Source of the DNA: an uncultured archaeon
GTDB taxonomy: Archaea; Micrarchaeota; Micrarchaeia; Micrarchaeales; CABMGC01
Direction of reading: 5' to 3'
Length of the DNA: 32,000 nt
Assembly: GCA_963704435.1 (NCBI GenBank)
Contig: OY969902.1
Coordinates: 390,001-422,000 of the forward strand
Shown here: positions 31,311-32,000 of the stretch, one piece after another
Layout of the letters: the number at the start of each line of letters is the position of its first letter
Numbering within the stretch: position 1 is the stretch's first letter
Translations under genes and position numbers: made by a program
The notes under the pieces: model-generated
Databases searched by the model: none
Seen by the model: only the letters and a program-made list of their open reading frames with translations
Told to the model about the DNA's origin: nothing

Positions 31311-31633
31311 TATTCAGGAGGAAGCTGAGGTACGTGCTCATTGAGGCGAGCCACGACGTCAACCTGGCGGACAAGAGCGTGGCGGACGATCTGAAGGCGA
31401 AGTTGCGCGGGATGATGGGCGAGTCAGCCTACTTCAGGGCGAACGCGCATCTGGCTGCGCAGCTCAGGGAGGACGTTTTCATAATCAGCGTGAACAGGGG
31501 ACTCGAAAGGGAGATCGCGCTCGCGCTTTCGTTCATAAAGACGCTCGGCGGGGAGAAGGTGGGCTTCTACACAATAAAGACTTCAGGAACTATAAAGAGC
31601 CTGAAGGTGTATTTTTCCAAGACGTACGCTTAG
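31307..31633 (+). CDS. rnp2: RNase P protein component 2 (Pop5-like)
   Basis: 108 aa. RRKLRYVLIE near the N-terminus and TIKTSGTIKSLKVYFSK at the C-terminus (the RYI..., SGTIK.LK signature). ATGA overlap with rnp3. Confidence 0.75.
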   Translation: MIFRRKLRYVLIEASHDVNLADKSVADDLKAKLRGMMGESAYFRANAHLAAQLREDVFIISVNRGLEREIALALSFIKTLGGEKVGFYTIKTSGTIKSLKVYFSKTYA

Positions 31634-31679
31634 TGGTATCCCTTCATAGCCAATCGGGCGTAGATTCACTACTACCAAG

Positions 31680-31684
31680 TTTTT
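31680..31684 (+). terminator. Oligo-T tract downstream of the rnp2 operon
   Basis: T5 run (AAGTTTTTATT) 47 nt after the stop, in the convergent gap with the RT gene. Confidence 0.3.
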
Positions 31685-31787
31685 ATTGCCTCGATAGCTT
31701 AAGGAATTATGCCCCGCTTGAACTTACTGTTACCAAAGTCTCCACGATTATAATTGGCTAAGCGGGATTTATGGACTTTGCAAACAT

Positions 31788-32000
31788 CTATGGCCTGAAC
31801 AATTCTTCGAACCTCTGGGAGACCCTTTTCCTCAAAGTGTATGTATCGGCAAACCGCGCGTAGGCGAGCCAGCCCTCTAGGCTATTCCGAGCCTTCTCCC
31901 TTGTAATCTCTCCGTCACAATATTTGCGTTTAAGATTTTCAAGACGTTTCCAGATTCTTCTGGCGTTGCTTTTCTTTAGGAGCCTGTAGCGTCGGAATAT
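31788..32000 (-). CDS. Reverse transcriptase, C-terminal 70 aa only (gene runs off the window); DGR-type tail suspected
   Basis: Not in the ORF track because there is no start in the window. My translation of the minus strand: IFRRYRLLKKSNARRIWKRLENLKRKYCDGEITREKARNSLEGWLAYARFADTYTLRKRVSQRFEELFRP*. The pattern ...L..L.R.Y..GEI....a..S..(S/G)W.(G/A)(H/Y)A.hADTY.LR... is what I associate with the C-termini of DGR/retron-like RTs. A+T-richer than the flanking genes. Confidence 0.5.
   Translation of the reverse strand: MFRRYRLLKKSNARRIWKRLENLKRKYCDGEITREKARNSLEGWLAYARFADTYTLRKRVSQRFEELFRP

Noticed and set aside
1-32000. CRISPR arrays, rRNA genes, IS elements with terminal inverted repeats, integrases.
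   Set aside because: I saw no regularly spaced direct repeats, no rRNA-like conserved stretches and no transposase or integrase-like ORFs when reading through the window. The only mobile-element-type signal is the RT fragment at the 3' edge.

Overview
This is an archaeal chromosomal segment. Evidence: archaeal-type PCNA, PriL, Orc1/Cdc6, DTD2 deacylase, RNase P proteins Rpp30 and Pop5, a tRNA-Tyr with an intron and a C1:G72 pair, TATA-box promoters, and a nuo cluster without nuoEFG. The backbone is G+C-rich with a strong AGG/ATA codon preference. The lineage cannot be fixed from sequence alone. Small proteins and an acid-protease-like surface protein would fit an acidophilic DPANN/Micrarchaeota-like or Thermoplasmatota-like organism, but that is speculative. 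All family assignments come from motifs I recognise by eye; no searches were run.

Layout:
- 35-2898: three membrane proteins, two of them paralogs.
- ~2900-6200: an A+T-richer islet with a PH-like hypothetical and a tandem Lrp/AsnC regulator.
- 6212-12259: RAM-domain protein, large glycosylated surface protein, dtdA, PCNA, PriL, an unlisted 53-aa zinc-ribbon ORF and an orphan EncFtn-like ferritin.
- 12366-16150: a second, lower-G+C, tightly coupled operon (cytosine-deaminase-fold, HemN-like radical SAM, YcaQ-like glycosylase, VOC protein).
- 16331-23087: nuoABCDHIJK, a mini-nuoL and nuoN.
- 23090-25804: a convergent double-AAA ATPase that is membrane-embedded.
- 25916-26701: tRNA-Tyr, SemiSWEET, tRNA-Asp, SemiSWEET.
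- 26719-31633: AlkD-like repair protein, CBS protein, a displaced nuoM, cdc6, rpp30 and pop5.
- 31788-32000: the 3' end of a reverse transcriptase, cut by the window edge.

Most notable candidates:
1. A remodelled complex I membrane arm: an internally deleted 291-aa NuoL, a NuoN lacking its TM7 Lys, and nuoM displaced about 5 kb.
2. A Cdc48-like D1-D2 ATPase whose N-domain is replaced by about 10 TM helices and whose two pore-loop-1 motifs both lack aromatic residues.
3. The deaminase / radical SAM / interstrand-crosslink (ICL) glycosylase / VOC operon.
4. A divergent SemiSWEET pair interleaved with tRNA genes.
5. An EncFtn homolog with no encapsulin.
6. A DGR-like RT fragment at the edge.
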